Of a stretch of DNA of 64,000 nucleotides, positions 1-9,919 are shown one piece after another. The position numbers were made by a program, and so were the translations under genes. The notes beneath the pieces were generated by a model. It worked only from the letters and a program-made list of their open reading frames with translations. It was not told the DNA's origin and ran no database searches. The first letter of the stretch is position 1, and each line of letters starts with the position of its first letter. Origin of the DNA: an uncultured Saprospirales bacterium (lineage in GTDB: Bacteria; Bacteroidota; Bacteroidia; Chitinophagales; Saprospiraceae); contig CAJXUU010000001.1 in the NCBI GenBank assembly GCA_913061325.1, positions 1,864 to 65,863 on the forward strand. Direction: 5' to 3'.

Positions 1-1
1 T

Positions 2-1108
2 GAAAAACATCAAGCAGAATCACTCCAAAAAGCAAAAGAACAGAACTTAGTTTCTGATAGAGTCATCAAAAAATTGGCCAACTTAGATCTTGTTTCTTTA
101 TTTAAAAAAGCTGGTAATAAGGCATCTTTTAGGTCTTATCAGAATCAATCTTCGGATTTGAAACCAGAAAAATTAGGGGCGTCAGTAAACCCAAATTTAC
201 AACAACTCTTCCCTTTTTTACTAGACTCAAAACAAAATGAAACAATTATAATTGATAATCAAGAAGGTCTTCAAGTTTTAGAAAATATTATAATTTCTTC
301 AATACAAGAAGATATAACACCACTATTGATTCCTTATCGTCCTCTTGGATTTCCAGATTTGACATTAGGGGCAATCAAAGAAAAATCTGATGAAAGGTCA
401 TACATCAGCCTCGCAATAGGACCGAAAGTAAATCTTGTAAATTCTCCTTTTGATCCTGTATATGAAATAGACCCATATAATACATTGAATACAAATTTCA
501 ATATCTCTGCCAAAGTTCACAAAGAGGTTGGTCCTTTAGAATTGTACGCAGGGTTAGGTTATAGCAAAACCTCTTATGCACCATTGATAATTGAGGAGAC
601 TTATAAAAATCAAAACCAACAGATTAAGCAAGCAAGTCTTGAAAACATTGGCTTCAATACGCTAAACGTTCCTGTCGGAGTAAAATACAATATACTTGAT
701 CAAGATAGTTACCAACTTTATGCGACGGCAGGAGTGAATGTCAACCTTATTGCTCAAGCGGACTATGAACTGTATGACAATGATATTACAACCGCTACAG
801 GTTCGAGAACCGAGTCAATTGCTGGTTTCAAACCTGTTGCTAATAGTGGCAAACCTGAGATCAGCCAAAGGGCTCTTCTTAGTCAGAAGGAATTTAAAAA
901 TGGAATTTTGAATGGTGGGTCTCTTAAAGATAATTTATATGCAACAGCTAGTGTTGGTATGGGCTTGATTAAAAATGTTTCTGAAAGGACAAGCATCTTC
1001 ATTGAGCCAAAATATAGCCATTTCATATCCTCTCAAGGCTTAGGACCAAATCTAGATAAGGTACATGCTGTATCTTTGGATTTAGGTGTAAGGTATCAGT
1101 TGAACTAA
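2..1108 (+). CDS. Outer-membrane beta-barrel-like protein, 5' end cut by window edge
   Basis: The frame is open from base 2, with no stop upstream of the listed TTG at 74, so the N-terminus lies outside the window. The C-terminal half has alternating hydrophobic strands (YATAGVNVNL, LYATASVGMGL, VSLDLGVRYQLN) typical of small OM beta-barrels. Confidence 0.45.
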   Translation, partial: EKHQAESLQKAKEQNLVSDRVIKKLANLDLVSLFKKAGNKASFRSYQNQSSDLKPEKLGASVNPNLQQLFPFLLDSKQNETIIIDNQEGLQVLENIIISSIQEDITPLLIPYRPLGFPDLTLGAIKEKSDERSYISLAIGPKVNLVNSPFDPVYEIDPYNTLNTNFNISAKVHKEVGPLELYAGLGYSKTSYAPLIIEETYKNQNQQIKQASLENIGFNTLNVPVGVKYNILDQDSYQLYATAGVNVNLIAQADYELYDNDITTATGSRTESIAGFKPVANSGKPEISQRALLSQKEFKNGILNGGSLKDNLYATASVGMGLIKNVSERTSIFIEPKYSHFISSQGLGPNLDKVHAVSLDLGVRYQLN

Positions 1109-1240
1109 GAATCTTAGCTCATCCTTTTATTCCTTCCTTTTAGACAGAATTTAAACTTATTTTCAACATACCTACATTCTCTCATTTGCTATTATGACAA
1201 CAAGCAAACAAAAATTTCATGTCTACTGTTGTTTTTTAAT

Positions 1241-1248
1241 TAATTTTG
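1241..1248 (+). promoter_or_regulatory. Bacteroidota -7 promoter box (TAATTTTG)
   Basis: Matches the TAnnTTTG consensus, 19 nt upstream of the ATG at 1267. Confidence 0.45.
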
Positions 1249-1266
1249 CGGCTTAATTAGGAAAGT

Positions 1267-1839
1267 ATGATCAGTTGGATTTTTAGACTAATTTTTAAAT
1301 TGTGGGGCTGGAAGAAAGTAGGTGAAATTCCTAATCATATTCCCAAAAAGCTTTATGTAGTAGTACCTCACACTTCTAATTGGGACTTTCCTGTAGGAAT
1401 TTGTATCAAGTTTGGTTTCAAAATGGAAGTTGGTTTCATAGCTAAATCTTCGTTGTTCAAGTTTCCTTTTGCTTGGTTTTTTAAGTCATTAGGAGGTATT
1501 CCTGTCAATCGAAAAAAGACCCAAGGTTTCAAAGAGGCAGTGGTAGAAATGATAAATTCAAGAGAGCGATTCTGTACATCTATAGCACCAGAAGGAAGAA
1601 GAGGAAAAGTAGAAAAACTAAAAACTGGCTTCTACCATATCTCCAAAGCGGCAAATATTCCTATTGTTTATGTAAAATTTGACTGGGGAAATAAGATAAT
1701 AGAATTTGGAGAACCAAGAATGGTAGCTGAAAATGTCAAAGCAGAACTTGATTATGCAGCCGAACATTTCAAAGATACTGTTGGCTATGTTCCTGAGAAA
1801 AGCTTTGGATACCCGTTTGAAAAAACAGTTTTTGTATAA
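1267..1839 (+). CDS. Lysophospholipid (1-acyl-sn-glycerol-3-phosphate) acyltransferase family protein
   Basis: HX4D acyltransferase motif (VPHTSNWDFP), followed by FIAKSSLF, GGIPVNR and IAPEGRR blocks typical of PlsC-like enzymes. Confidence 0.75.
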   Translation: MISWIFRLIFKLWGWKKVGEIPNHIPKKLYVVVPHTSNWDFPVGICIKFGFKMEVGFIAKSSLFKFPFAWFFKSLGGIPVNRKKTQGFKEAVVEMINSRERFCTSIAPEGRRGKVEKLKTGFYHISKAANIPIVYVKFDWGNKIIEFGEPRMVAENVKAELDYAAEHFKDTVGYVPEKSFGYPFEKTVFV

Positions 1840-1940
1840 AACGGATTTGATCGATTCCACAGAAAATAATGTGACAATGCTATTTTATAGTATACCAATT
1901 ATCAGTATGGTTCCCTCAATTCGATAAAGCCAAAATTTCA

Positions 1941-1948
1941 TACATTTG
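1941..1948 (+). promoter_or_regulatory. Bacteroidota -7 promoter box (TACATTTG)
   Basis: TAnnTTTG match 23 nt upstream of the prfC ATG at 1971. Confidence 0.45.
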
Positions 1949-1970
1949 CCCCTTGAAATCGATAATACAC

Positions 1971-3551
1971 ATGAGCAGAATCAAAGAATTAGAACGTAGA
2001 CGAACATTTGGTATCGTATCTCACCCAGATGCTGGTAAGACTACATTGACCGAGAAGTTACTATTGTTTGGTGGTGCTATACAATCCGCTGGTGCTGTAA
2101 AGTCCAACAAAATAAAAAAACACGCTACTTCGGATTTCATGGAAATCGAGAAGCAAAGAGGAATCTCCGTTGCTACTTCTGTAATGGCGTTTGAGTATCG
2201 AGATAGAAAAATTAATATCTTAGATACACCTGGTCACAAAGATTTTGCTGAAGACACTTTTCGCACACTGACAGCAGTAGATAGCGTTATTGTGGTGATT
2301 GATGTTGCAAAAGGTGTAGAGGCTCAAACAGAGAAATTAGTAGAAGTCTGCCGTATGCGAAAGACTCCAATCATCGTGTTCATCAACAAGATGGATAGAG
2401 AAGGTAAAGACGGCTTTGATCTTTTGGACGAGATAGAAGATAAATTGAAATTGAAAGTTGTCCCGCTATCTTGGCCAGCTGGCATGGGACAGAGGTTTCG
2501 TGGAGTGTATAATATATACAAGGAAGACTTAGTATTATTTACTCCACACAGTAAACAATCTGAAGACGTAATCAAGATAGAAAATTTAGAAGATCCAATT
2601 CTTGACGAAAAAATAGGAGAATCTCTTGCGAATGAGCTTAGAGAAGAAGTTAATGTTATCGAAGAAGTATATCCTGATTTTGACCGAGAAGCATATCTTA
2701 ATGGTGATCAATCTCCTGTATTTTTTGGCAGTGCTGTGAATAATTTCGGTGTAAAAGAGCTCCTAGATTGTTTCGTAGAAATAGCGCCATCGCCTCTTCC
2801 TAGAGAAACAGAAGAAAGAATAGTAAGGCCAGAAGAAGAAGGATTCACTGGTTTTATTTTTAAGATTCATGCCAATATGGATCCTAAGCATAGAGACAGA
2901 ATCGCATTCATGAGGATTTGTTCCGGGCTATTTGAACGGAATACTAACTATCTGCATATTCGTAAAGAAAAGAAGATAAAATTTTCAAACCCTACAGCCT
3001 TTATGGCCGAGAAAAAAGAAGTGGTAGAAATGGCTTACCCTGGAGATATTGTAGGTCTATATGATAGCGGAAATTTCAAGATAGGTGACACCCTCACAGA
3101 AGGAGAAAAACTTCACTTCAAAGGAATACCATCATTCTCACCAGAGCAATTTCGATTTGTCAATAATAGTGATCCACTTAAGACTAAACAATTAGCGAAA
3201 GGATTGAACCAATTGATGGACGAAGGCGTCGCGCAATTATTCACAAAACAAGATAATGGTCGAAAGATTATTGGTACTGTTGGAGCACTTCAGTTTGATG
3301 TAATCCAATACAGACTTAAACATGAATATGGTGCTTCTTGTGATTATGAACCGATCAATCTCCATAAAGCTTGTTGGATCAAATGTGATGATGCAGCTGC
3401 GTACAAAGACTTTATTTCCAAAAGAAAAAGAGATCTTGCTTTCGATAAAGATGGGAAAGTAGTCATGCTTGCAGAATCTTCTTGGTCACTTAAAATGGCT
3501 CAAGAAAATCATCCCGATGTACAGTTTTTATTTACTTCTGAAGTAGATTAA
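1971..3551 (+). CDS. prfC: Peptide chain release factor 3 (GTPase)
   Basis: [38 protein letters not shown] and NKMDR GTPase motifs, about 526 aa. I placed the start at ATG 1971 rather than the listed TTG at 1953. Confidence 0.9.
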   Translation: MSRIKELERRRTFGIVSHPDAGKTTLTEKLLLFGGAIQSAGAVKSNKIKKHATSDFMEIEKQRGISVATSVMAFEYRDRKINILDTPGHKDFAEDTFRTLTAVDSVIVVIDVAKGVEAQTEKLVEVCRMRKTPIIVFINKMDREGKDGFDLLDEIEDKLKLKVVPLSWPAGMGQRFRGVYNIYKEDLVLFTPHSKQSEDVIKIENLEDPILDEKIGESLANELREEVNVIEEVYPDFDREAYLNGDQSPVFFGSAVNNFGVKELLDCFVEIAPSPLPRETEERIVRPEEEGFTGFIFKIHANMDPKHRDRIAFMRICSGLFERNTNYLHIRKEKKIKFSNPTAFMAEKKEVVEMAYPGDIVGLYDSGNFKIGDTLTEGEKLHFKGIPSFSPEQFRFVNNSDPLKTKQLAKGLNQLMDEGVAQLFTKQDNGRKIIGTVGALQFDVIQYRLKHEYGASCDYEPINLHKACWIKCDDAAAYKDFISKRKRDLAFDKDGKVVMLAESSWSLKMAQENHPDVQFLFTSEVD

Positions 3552-4384
3552 TAAACTGAAAATTGCTGAGTGCTAACATATTCCCCATTATCTAGTTGGA
3601 TAAAATATATTCCGGTTTCTAAATCTTCTACATCAAGAGAATAAAAACCTTTTATTGGACTTTTGATCTCTTTGAGCTTGTTGCCAGAACTATCTATCAT
3701 TTTGATGGATTTTATGTTTTCTGGCGTTTCTATGAAAAGTTCAGAATCTGTTGGGTTAGGATATATTTTTACCCCAGAATTTGGAACGGTCTTTATATTT
3801 GAAACAGTACAATTCTTATGTAAATTCCCATTATACCTATTTGTGGCCCCACCAACAGAATATCCATTTCTTAAATCAGCACCTTCAAACATACTTAATT
3901 TTGAGTCTATTCCGTTTTCAAAAAATCGTATGCGTTCATCGTATTCAGCTTCACCATCAACAGCAAAACTAAATAATTTCACTTCTTCTTCTTCTTCTAT
4001 ATTATTGAAAAAAGATGCTGGCGCTAACTTTGGGGCAATACTATAAAAATCATATTTATCATGCCCTTCAGGGCTATATACAGGAGAGAATGCACTCCAC
4101 TCATTTGGCTCTGTACCTTGATACGTTTGATTGTTCTGAATTGGTTGATAACGTTCTACGATTTCAAAATTCATCCCTGTAGGCACAAGAATAGTAATTT
4201 GGCTATTAAACTGTACTCTTTCTAACACAGAATTAGCCGATCCATCCATGATTTTGATATTTACATCATAGTGGTTCGTTTCACAATTGTATTTTAATAA
4301 ATATTTGAGTTCAGTAATTTGGGCATCTAAAAGTGACACATTTACTGCACAAAGCAATAGGCCTAAATATAAATTCTTTTTCAT
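3548..4384 (-). CDS. Secreted protein with T9SS C-terminal sorting domain
   Basis: N-terminal signal peptide ([22 protein letters not shown]). C-terminal [14 protein letters not shown]...GIYFIQL...QQFSVY is a Por/T9SS CTD signature. Confidence 0.6.
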   Translation of the reverse strand: MKKNLYLGLLLCAVNVSLLDAQITELKYLLKYNCETNHYDVNIKIMDGSANSVLERVQFNSQITILVPTGMNFEIVERYQPIQNNQTYQGTEPNEWSAFSPVYSPEGHDKYDFYSIAPKLAPASFFNNIEEEEEVKLFSFAVDGEAEYDERIRFFENGIDSKLSMFEGADLRNGYSVGGATNRYNGNLHKNCTVSNIKTVPNSGVKIYPNPTDSELFIETPENIKSIKMIDSSGNKLKEIKSPIKGFYSLDVEDLETGIYFIQLDNGEYVSTQQFSVY

Positions 4385-4632
4385 TTTTGGTAATTATTTT
4401 TATTGATCTGTTTAATTCAAAAATGATGCGCGTTTTTGCAGATTTGAAAACTTAAAGTAAAAATGACGCGTAGTTGGCAAAATGAGACTAGATTATTAAC
4501 TTCACAGAATAAAAGAGCCTCTTCGTCTAAGAAAAATCAATATCAACTACACATGTTGAATCATTATTGATGTTTCTTATGTTAGAAGTGTATATATTGA
4601 TGTTAAATTAATCGTACTAAAACAAATAACAT

Positions 4633-5475
4633 ATGTCATTCAATAGAAATGAAAAAATCAGACCACCTGCAAACCTTAGTAGATATCTAATCTTTGGGGT
4701 AATAGGCCTCTTTTTTTTTATAGCACTTACTAATACTACTTTCTTGACAATTAAGTCGGGACAAAAAGGGGTTTTGTTTAAACAATTTGGCAACGGTCTA
4801 GAAAAAGATGTTGTTTATGGTCAAGGTTTCCAAATTGTTGCCCCATGGAACACAATGTTTATCTATGATGTAAAGACAAATGAAGCATTTGAAGAAATGG
4901 AAGTTCTGTCTAAAAATGGCCTTAACATCAAATTAGAATTATCATACAGATACTCACCTGTTCCTAATAAAATAGGATATTTACATGACCAAATAGGCAT
5001 CGATTATAAAACTAGAATTATACAGCCTGAGATTCGGTCAGCGACTAGAGAGGTAATAGGGCAATATAATCCTGAAGAATTGTATTCTACCAAAAGAGAG
5101 GCAATTCAACTAGAGATTTACGATAAGACAAAAGCAAAAGTTGCAGAGAAGTATATCATCTTAGATGCGATTCTTATTAGATCTGTGACATTACCAGATA
5201 ATCTAAGAAAGGCTATTGAGAAGAAATTAGAAGAAGAGCAACTGTCACTTCAATACAAATTTAAGATCGATAGAGAGAGACAAGAAGGTGAACGAAGAAT
5301 CATAGAAGCACAGGCTAAAGCAGATGCAAATAGAATTCTGAATGCTTCTCTTACGGATAAAATCCTTAGAGATAAAGGTATAGAGGCTACGCTTACACTT
5401 GCTTCATCCCCAAATGCAAAAGTTGTAGTAGTTGGAGGAAGCGGAGACGGATTACCATTGATTTTGAATAACTAA
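4633..5475 (+). CDS. SPFH/band 7 (prohibitin/HflC-like) membrane protein
   Basis: N-terminal TM helix, then the SPFH core (GQKGVLFKQFG...GFQIVAPW...IIQPEIRSATREVIGQY) and a coiled-coil tail (EAQAKADANRI). Confidence 0.8.
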   Translation: MSFNRNEKIRPPANLSRYLIFGVIGLFFFIALTNTTFLTIKSGQKGVLFKQFGNGLEKDVVYGQGFQIVAPWNTMFIYDVKTNEAFEEMEVLSKNGLNIKLELSYRYSPVPNKIGYLHDQIGIDYKTRIIQPEIRSATREVIGQYNPEELYSTKREAIQLEIYDKTKAKVAEKYIILDAILIRSVTLPDNLRKAIEKKLEEEQLSLQYKFKIDRERQEGERRIIEAQAKADANRILNASLTDKILRDKGIEATLTLASSPNAKVVVVGGSGDGLPLILNN

Positions 5476-5519
5476 GATACTGTCCCGTTCATAAAGTCAA
5501 ACTGAACGTTTAAAATATG

Positions 5520-5553
5520 AGGCCTGATGGATTAATTTCTGTCAGGCTTTTTG
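5520..5553 (+). terminator. Rho-independent terminator after the SPFH gene
   Basis: GCCTGA...TCAGGC stem followed by a T-run (ggcctgatgg..gtcaggcttttt). Confidence 0.55.
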
Positions 5554-5652
5554 TGTTGTATTTGGAGAGATAAAATATCTATTTAGCTGTATATTTTGTT
5601 TGGTTAGCTTCTTGTGATTATATTTAGAATATGTAAACCAATAAAAGTTACT

Positions 5653-6939
5653 ATGCTCACACCAATTATCAGAGAAGATCTACTTTACTACTTGTGGAAA
5701 ACTAAGTCGTTTGATATGGTCAATCTCATCACAGAAGATGGCCAGCCAGTCAAAATTATAGAATTTGGAACTCAAAACTACGACGCAGGACCTGACTTCA
5801 GCAATGGAAAGGTAAAAATAGGAGATACCATTTGGGCCGGAAACATAGAAATGCATGTCTACTCTAGCGACTGGGAACGACATAATCACGATCTCGATAA
5901 AGCTTATGATAATGTAATTCTTCATGTGGTATATGAGCACGATAGAGAAGTTCACACGACTACCGAACAGTTTATACCTTGCCTTGAGCTCAAGAATAGA
6001 ATACCAAAAAAACTTAAGCAAAACTACTCACAGTTAATAACAAATAACAATTGGATTCCTTGTGAAAATCAACTTCAAAATGTTCCTAACCATACTGTTA
6101 CTTTTTGGTTGCAAAGAATGGTAGCCGAACGATTAGAGTCAAAGACCGAATATCTAAAGTCTATTTTGGAATATACCAATAATGATTGGGAAGAAACCAT
6201 GTATATTTTTCTCATGCGATATATGGGTGCCAGAGTCAATATGGATCCATTTGAATCCTTGGCGAAAAATCTTCCTTTGTCTATCATTCAGAAAAATAAG
6301 GATGACCTGCAAACGATAGAGGCATTATTATTTGGTCAAGCTGGAATGCTACTAGCTACACACACTAATGACAACTATTATGAAGGTTTGAAATCAGAAT
6401 ACTTATTCCTTTCCAAAAAATACCACCTTACTAACATTCCTCCAGTGTCGTGGAAGTTTGCTAGGATGAGGCCTGCAGGATTTCCTACGATTCGAATAGC
6501 TCAAATGGCTCAAATATTCTGTAATACAGAACACCTGTTTTCTCAAATATTAGATGCAAAAAAAACCAAGTCAATCAAACACTTATTCCAAGCTACCCCA
6601 TCAGAATACTGGGAAGATCACTACAGATTTGGAACCGATTCTATTTATAAAGAAAAGCGCCTAGGAGCTGGCTTTATTGATCTTATTATCATTAATGTAG
6701 TGAGTCCAATCTTATTCCTTTATGGAAAATCAATAGCAGATGAACAATATTGTAACAGGGCAATAGAACACCTTGAATCCCTCAAGCCTGAAAAGAATAA
6801 AATAATTACTAATTATAAAGCTCTCGGAATCAAAACATCATCAGCGGCTGATTCACAAGGGCTTCTACAGTTAAAAAAAGCTTATTGCGACCCCAAATTA
6901 TGCCTTTCTTGTAGCATTGGCAATAAGCTGATTGGGTAG
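5653..6939 (+). CDS. DUF2851 family protein
   Basis: The N-terminus (REDLLYYLWKTKSFD), the GPDFSNGKVKIGD..WAGNIEMHV block and the roughly 430-aa length match my recollection of DUF2851. Start chosen at ATG 5653. Confidence 0.55.
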   Translation: MLTPIIREDLLYYLWKTKSFDMVNLITEDGQPVKIIEFGTQNYDAGPDFSNGKVKIGDTIWAGNIEMHVYSSDWERHNHDLDKAYDNVILHVVYEHDREVHTTTEQFIPCLELKNRIPKKLKQNYSQLITNNNWIPCENQLQNVPNHTVTFWLQRMVAERLESKTEYLKSILEYTNNDWEETMYIFLMRYMGARVNMDPFESLAKNLPLSIIQKNKDDLQTIEALLFGQAGMLLATHTNDNYYEGLKSEYLFLSKKYHLTNIPPVSWKFARMRPAGFPTIRIAQMAQIFCNTEHLFSQILDAKKTKSIKHLFQATPSEYWEDHYRFGTDSIYKEKRLGAGFIDLIIINVVSPILFLYGKSIADEQYCNRAIEHLESLKPEKNKIITNYKALGIKTSSAADSQGLLQLKKAYCDPKLCLSCSIGNKLIG

Positions 6940-7052
6940 TTTTTTCATAAATGAAAGAGATTATCATAAGGCCCAGCATGTTCCATTGCTTGTGTTACAA
7001 TATTTATCATTAATTTGTTCTTTTAGAATCTCAAGACAAATAATAATAAGAT

Positions 7053-7565
7053 ATGAAGATATTAATAACCGTATTTATTCTTGGTTTTGGCATAATCAGC
7101 CAAGCACAAAAAACTTCAAAAGATGTAAAATCAATCGAAGGGATCACTAATCTTTTGCTAGATATTCTCTCAGGACCTCAAGGCGAAAAAAGAGATTGGG
7201 AATTGTATAAAAGTCTATTTACAGAAGGTGCAACTATGCATATTGTAAACTTAAATGCTCCTATTGGTAAACAAATGAGAACAATTCCTGTAGATGAATT
7301 TGTAGAAACGTATAGCGCTGCATATAGTAGAGACGGATTCTTGGAAGAGTCAACCGGATTAGTTGTCAATGAATTTAATGGAGTAGCCAATGCATTTCAG
7401 AGTTTTTATTGTAAAAACTTAATTGGTACATATGAAAACAGGGGCATAAATACCTACCAACTCGTATTTGCAGATGATAGATGGTGGATTACAAATATTG
7501 CTTTTGCTAATGAGACTGAGGATTCCAAGGTGCCTGAGAAATATTTGGAGGTGGAGAAGAAGTGA
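7053..7565 (+). CDS. Secreted hypothetical protein (NTF2/SnoaL-like by pattern)
   Basis: Signal peptide MKILITVFILGFGIISQAQ. C-terminal YQLVFADDRWWITNIAF resembles NTF2-like fold proteins. The function call is weak. Confidence 0.4.
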   Translation: MKILITVFILGFGIISQAQKTSKDVKSIEGITNLLLDILSGPQGEKRDWELYKSLFTEGATMHIVNLNAPIGKQMRTIPVDEFVETYSAAYSRDGFLEESTGLVVNEFNGVANAFQSFYCKNLIGTYENRGINTYQLVFADDRWWITNIAFANETEDSKVPEKYLEVEKK

Positions 7566-7665
7566 TATTAAATTTTGAAAGAGGATGGAGATCTTTACTT
7601 TTAAAATAGATAACTATTTGATCCATAAATAGTGCTCATTCTATTCCTTACCTTTCTAAATTAAT

Positions 7666-7673
7666 CTATTTTT
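7666..7673 (+). promoter_or_regulatory. Bacteroidota -7 promoter box (TATTTTTG)
   Basis: TAnnTTTG match 63 nt upstream of the glyQS ATG. Confidence 0.4.
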
Positions 7674-7735
7674 GCACCTTCGATTTTAAGGGTGTACTCG
7701 GTATTGCCCTCACAAAATAATATAAAGCGAACACT

Positions 7736-9268
7736 ATGGATTTCAAAAGTCTAGTATCACACAGTAAAGAATATGGATTTGTATTCCAATCATCAGAAAT
7801 ATATGATGGCTTGAGTGCTGCATATGATTATGGTCCGAATGGGGTAGAATTAAAAAATAACATCAAACAATACTGGTGGAAAAGTATGGTGCAGATGCAC
7901 GCAAATATAACAGGTCTTGACGCATCTATCTTTATGCATCCTAAGACGTGGAAAGCTTCGGGGCACGTAGATGCATTTAACGATCCAATGATCGACAATA
8001 AAGACTCTAAGAAAAGATATAGAGCGGATGTACTCATAGAAGGATACTGCGAAAAGATCGAAAACAAGATTAAAAAAGACGTAGACAAGGCAAGAAAAAG
8101 ATTCGGAGATGAATTCAATGAAGCTGAGTTTAGGTCTACGAATGGCCGTATCCTCGATCGTCAAGCAAAGATTGATGACATTCTAAGTAAGATGAACAAT
8201 GCACTGAGGGATGCAGATATGGAAGGTCTCAAGACTATCATCGAAGACTTAGAGATTGCATGTCCTGATTCTGGTTCAAAAAACTGGACAGATGTGCGTC
8301 AGTTTAATCTTATGTTTTCTACGCAACTCGGCAGTATTGCTGGAGAAGAAGGAAAACTATATCTAAGACCTGAGACAGCACAAGGAATATTTGTGAATTT
8401 CTTGAATGTACAAAAGACAACAAGACAAAAACTTCCTTTTGGTATAGCACAGATCGGTAAAGCTTTCAGAAATGAGATTGTTGCTCGTCAGTTCATCTTT
8501 AGAATGAGAGAGTTCGAGCAAATGGAAATGCAATTTTTTGTAAAACCTGGTACTCAGAAAGAATACTTTGATTATTGGAAGGAGACAAGAATGAAGTGGC
8601 ATACAAATCTTGGAACACCAGCAGATAAGCTTAGGTGGCATGACCATGATAATTTAGCGCATTATGCAGATGCCGCTACTGACATTGAATTTGATTTTCC
8701 TTTCGGCTTTAGAGAACTAGAAGGAATTCACTCTCGTACAGACTTTGATTTAAACGCTCACCAAGAGTTATCTGGAAAGAAGTTACAATATTTTGATCCA
8801 GCACTTAATGAGAGTTATGTTCCGTATGTAGTGGAGACTTCTCTAGGGTGTGATAGAATGTTTTTATCTCAGATGGCTAATGCACTTCAAGAAGAAACTG
8901 TACCTGATGCGGATGGAAAAGATAGTATTAGAACAGTGCTAAAATTGAATCCAGTAATTGCTCCTGTTAAGGTTGCTGTTCTTCCATTAGTTAAAAATAA
9001 AGAAGAACTGACCAAAGCTGCTTCTGATGTATTCGACAAATTGAAAACAAGCTTCAACTGTCAGTATGACGAGAAAGATGCTATCGGAAAAAGATATAGA
9101 AGACAAGATGCTATCGGTACTCCATATTGTGTGACCATAGATTTCGATACACTAGAAGATGGAACAGTTACGATAAGAGATAGGGATTCTCTAAAGCAAG
9201 AAAGAGTAAACATTGATGATCTGAAAGCAAAAGTTTTTGCCGGAACGGATATGGGTAATTTAATGTAA
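7736..9268 (+). CDS. glyQS: Glycine--tRNA ligase (alpha2 class II type)
   Basis: YGFVFQSSEIYDGLSAAYDYGPNGVELKNNIKQYWW, LRPETAQGIFVNF, FRNEI..RQFIFRMREFEQME and the C-terminal anticodon-binding domain. Confidence 0.9.
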   Translation: MDFKSLVSHSKEYGFVFQSSEIYDGLSAAYDYGPNGVELKNNIKQYWWKSMVQMHANITGLDASIFMHPKTWKASGHVDAFNDPMIDNKDSKKRYRADVLIEGYCEKIENKIKKDVDKARKRFGDEFNEAEFRSTNGRILDRQAKIDDILSKMNNALRDADMEGLKTIIEDLEIACPDSGSKNWTDVRQFNLMFSTQLGSIAGEEGKLYLRPETAQGIFVNFLNVQKTTRQKLPFGIAQIGKAFRNEIVARQFIFRMREFEQMEMQFFVKPGTQKEYFDYWKETRMKWHTNLGTPADKLRWHDHDNLAHYADAATDIEFDFPFGFRELEGIHSRTDFDLNAHQELSGKKLQYFDPALNESYVPYVVETSLGCDRMFLSQMANALQEETVPDADGKDSIRTVLKLNPVIAPVKVAVLPLVKNKEELTKAASDVFDKLKTSFNCQYDEKDAIGKRYRRQDAIGTPYCVTIDFDTLEDGTVTIRDRDSLKQERVNIDDLKAKVFAGTDMGNLM

Positions 9269-9290
9269 AAACTTTTTATAGAACGTTATA

Positions 9291-9326
9291 AAAGCCAGAT
9301 GATGAAAAAATTATCTGGCTTTTTTG
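9291..9326 (+). terminator. Rho-independent terminator after glyQS
   Basis: AAAGCCAGAT ... ATCTGGCTT stem followed by TTTTT. Confidence 0.8.
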
Positions 9327-9379
9327 ATGTCAAAGCAAATTATCATCTAGATTTACAGTAATTATTCATCATAATTTAA

Positions 9380-9877
9380 ATGTCAAAATCTACAAAAGAG
9401 CAAAAATTTAATGTCCTCTATTCTGAGTGGGTGCATCCTCTTTTTAGGTTTATTTACTTTAAAACAAAAGACCAATCTCTCTCAGAGGATATCGTGCAAG
9501 ATACTTTTGTTAAGTTCTGGGACAAGATGGGCACAGTGGGTGAAGGAAAAGAAAAATCATACCTATTTGCATCAGCCAAAAACCTTCTTCTTAATAAGAT
9601 AGCTCATGATAAAGTAGTAGGGGTGCATGCCAAAGGCCAAACTGAATCTTCTGTCAAGTCTCCACATTATGATCTTGAAGTTACAGAGTTTCAACAAAAA
9701 CTAGAAAAGGCAATCTCAAAGCTTCCTGACAATCAACGAGAAGTTTTCCTCATGAATAGGATAGAAGGATACAAGTATAGGGAAATTGCAGAATTGCTTA
9801 AGATCAGCCAAAAAGCAGTAGAAAAACGAATGAGTCAAGCATTATCAGAACTAAGAAAAATTCACAATAAAATATAA
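9380..9877 (+). CDS. ECF-type RNA polymerase sigma-70 family factor
   Basis: Region 2 (SEDIVQDTFVKFW) and the region 4 HTH (QREVFLMNRIEGYKYREIAELLKISQKAVEKRMSQAL). Confidence 0.8.
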   Translation: MSKSTKEQKFNVLYSEWVHPLFRFIYFKTKDQSLSEDIVQDTFVKFWDKMGTVGEGKEKSYLFASAKNLLLNKIAHDKVVGVHAKGQTESSVKSPHYDLEVTEFQQKLEKAISKLPDNQREVFLMNRIEGYKYREIAELLKISQKAVEKRMSQALSELRKIHNKI

Positions 9878-9919
9878 ACTAAGTAGGGTATAATCAACGC
9901 TACATGTCATAGATATACA

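Noticed and set aside
1618-1927. ORFs 1618-1860 (-) and 1733-1927 (+), which overlap the end of the acyltransferase gene.
   Set aside because: They are shadow or alternative-frame ORFs with low-complexity, Phe/Ile/Lys-rich composition and no motifs. The acyltransferase frame explains the region. The same reasoning rejects other embedded ORFs, for example 2324-2575, 3663-4046, 5680-6021, 7828-8164, 8363-8647, 27667-28086, 34576-35133, 38584-38922, 44627-45083, 57512-57794 and 60149-60340.
3982-3998. A (CTT)5-6 trinucleotide microsatellite inside the T9SS protein gene, encoding an EEEEE run on the minus strand.
   Set aside because: It is in-frame, short, and simply encodes an acidic patch. That is too short to argue for a contingency locus.
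6932-7150. A 72-aa ORF bridging the end of DUF2851 and the start of the next gene.
   Set aside because: It overlaps two better-supported genes, has odd composition and lacks promoter context. It is probably spurious.
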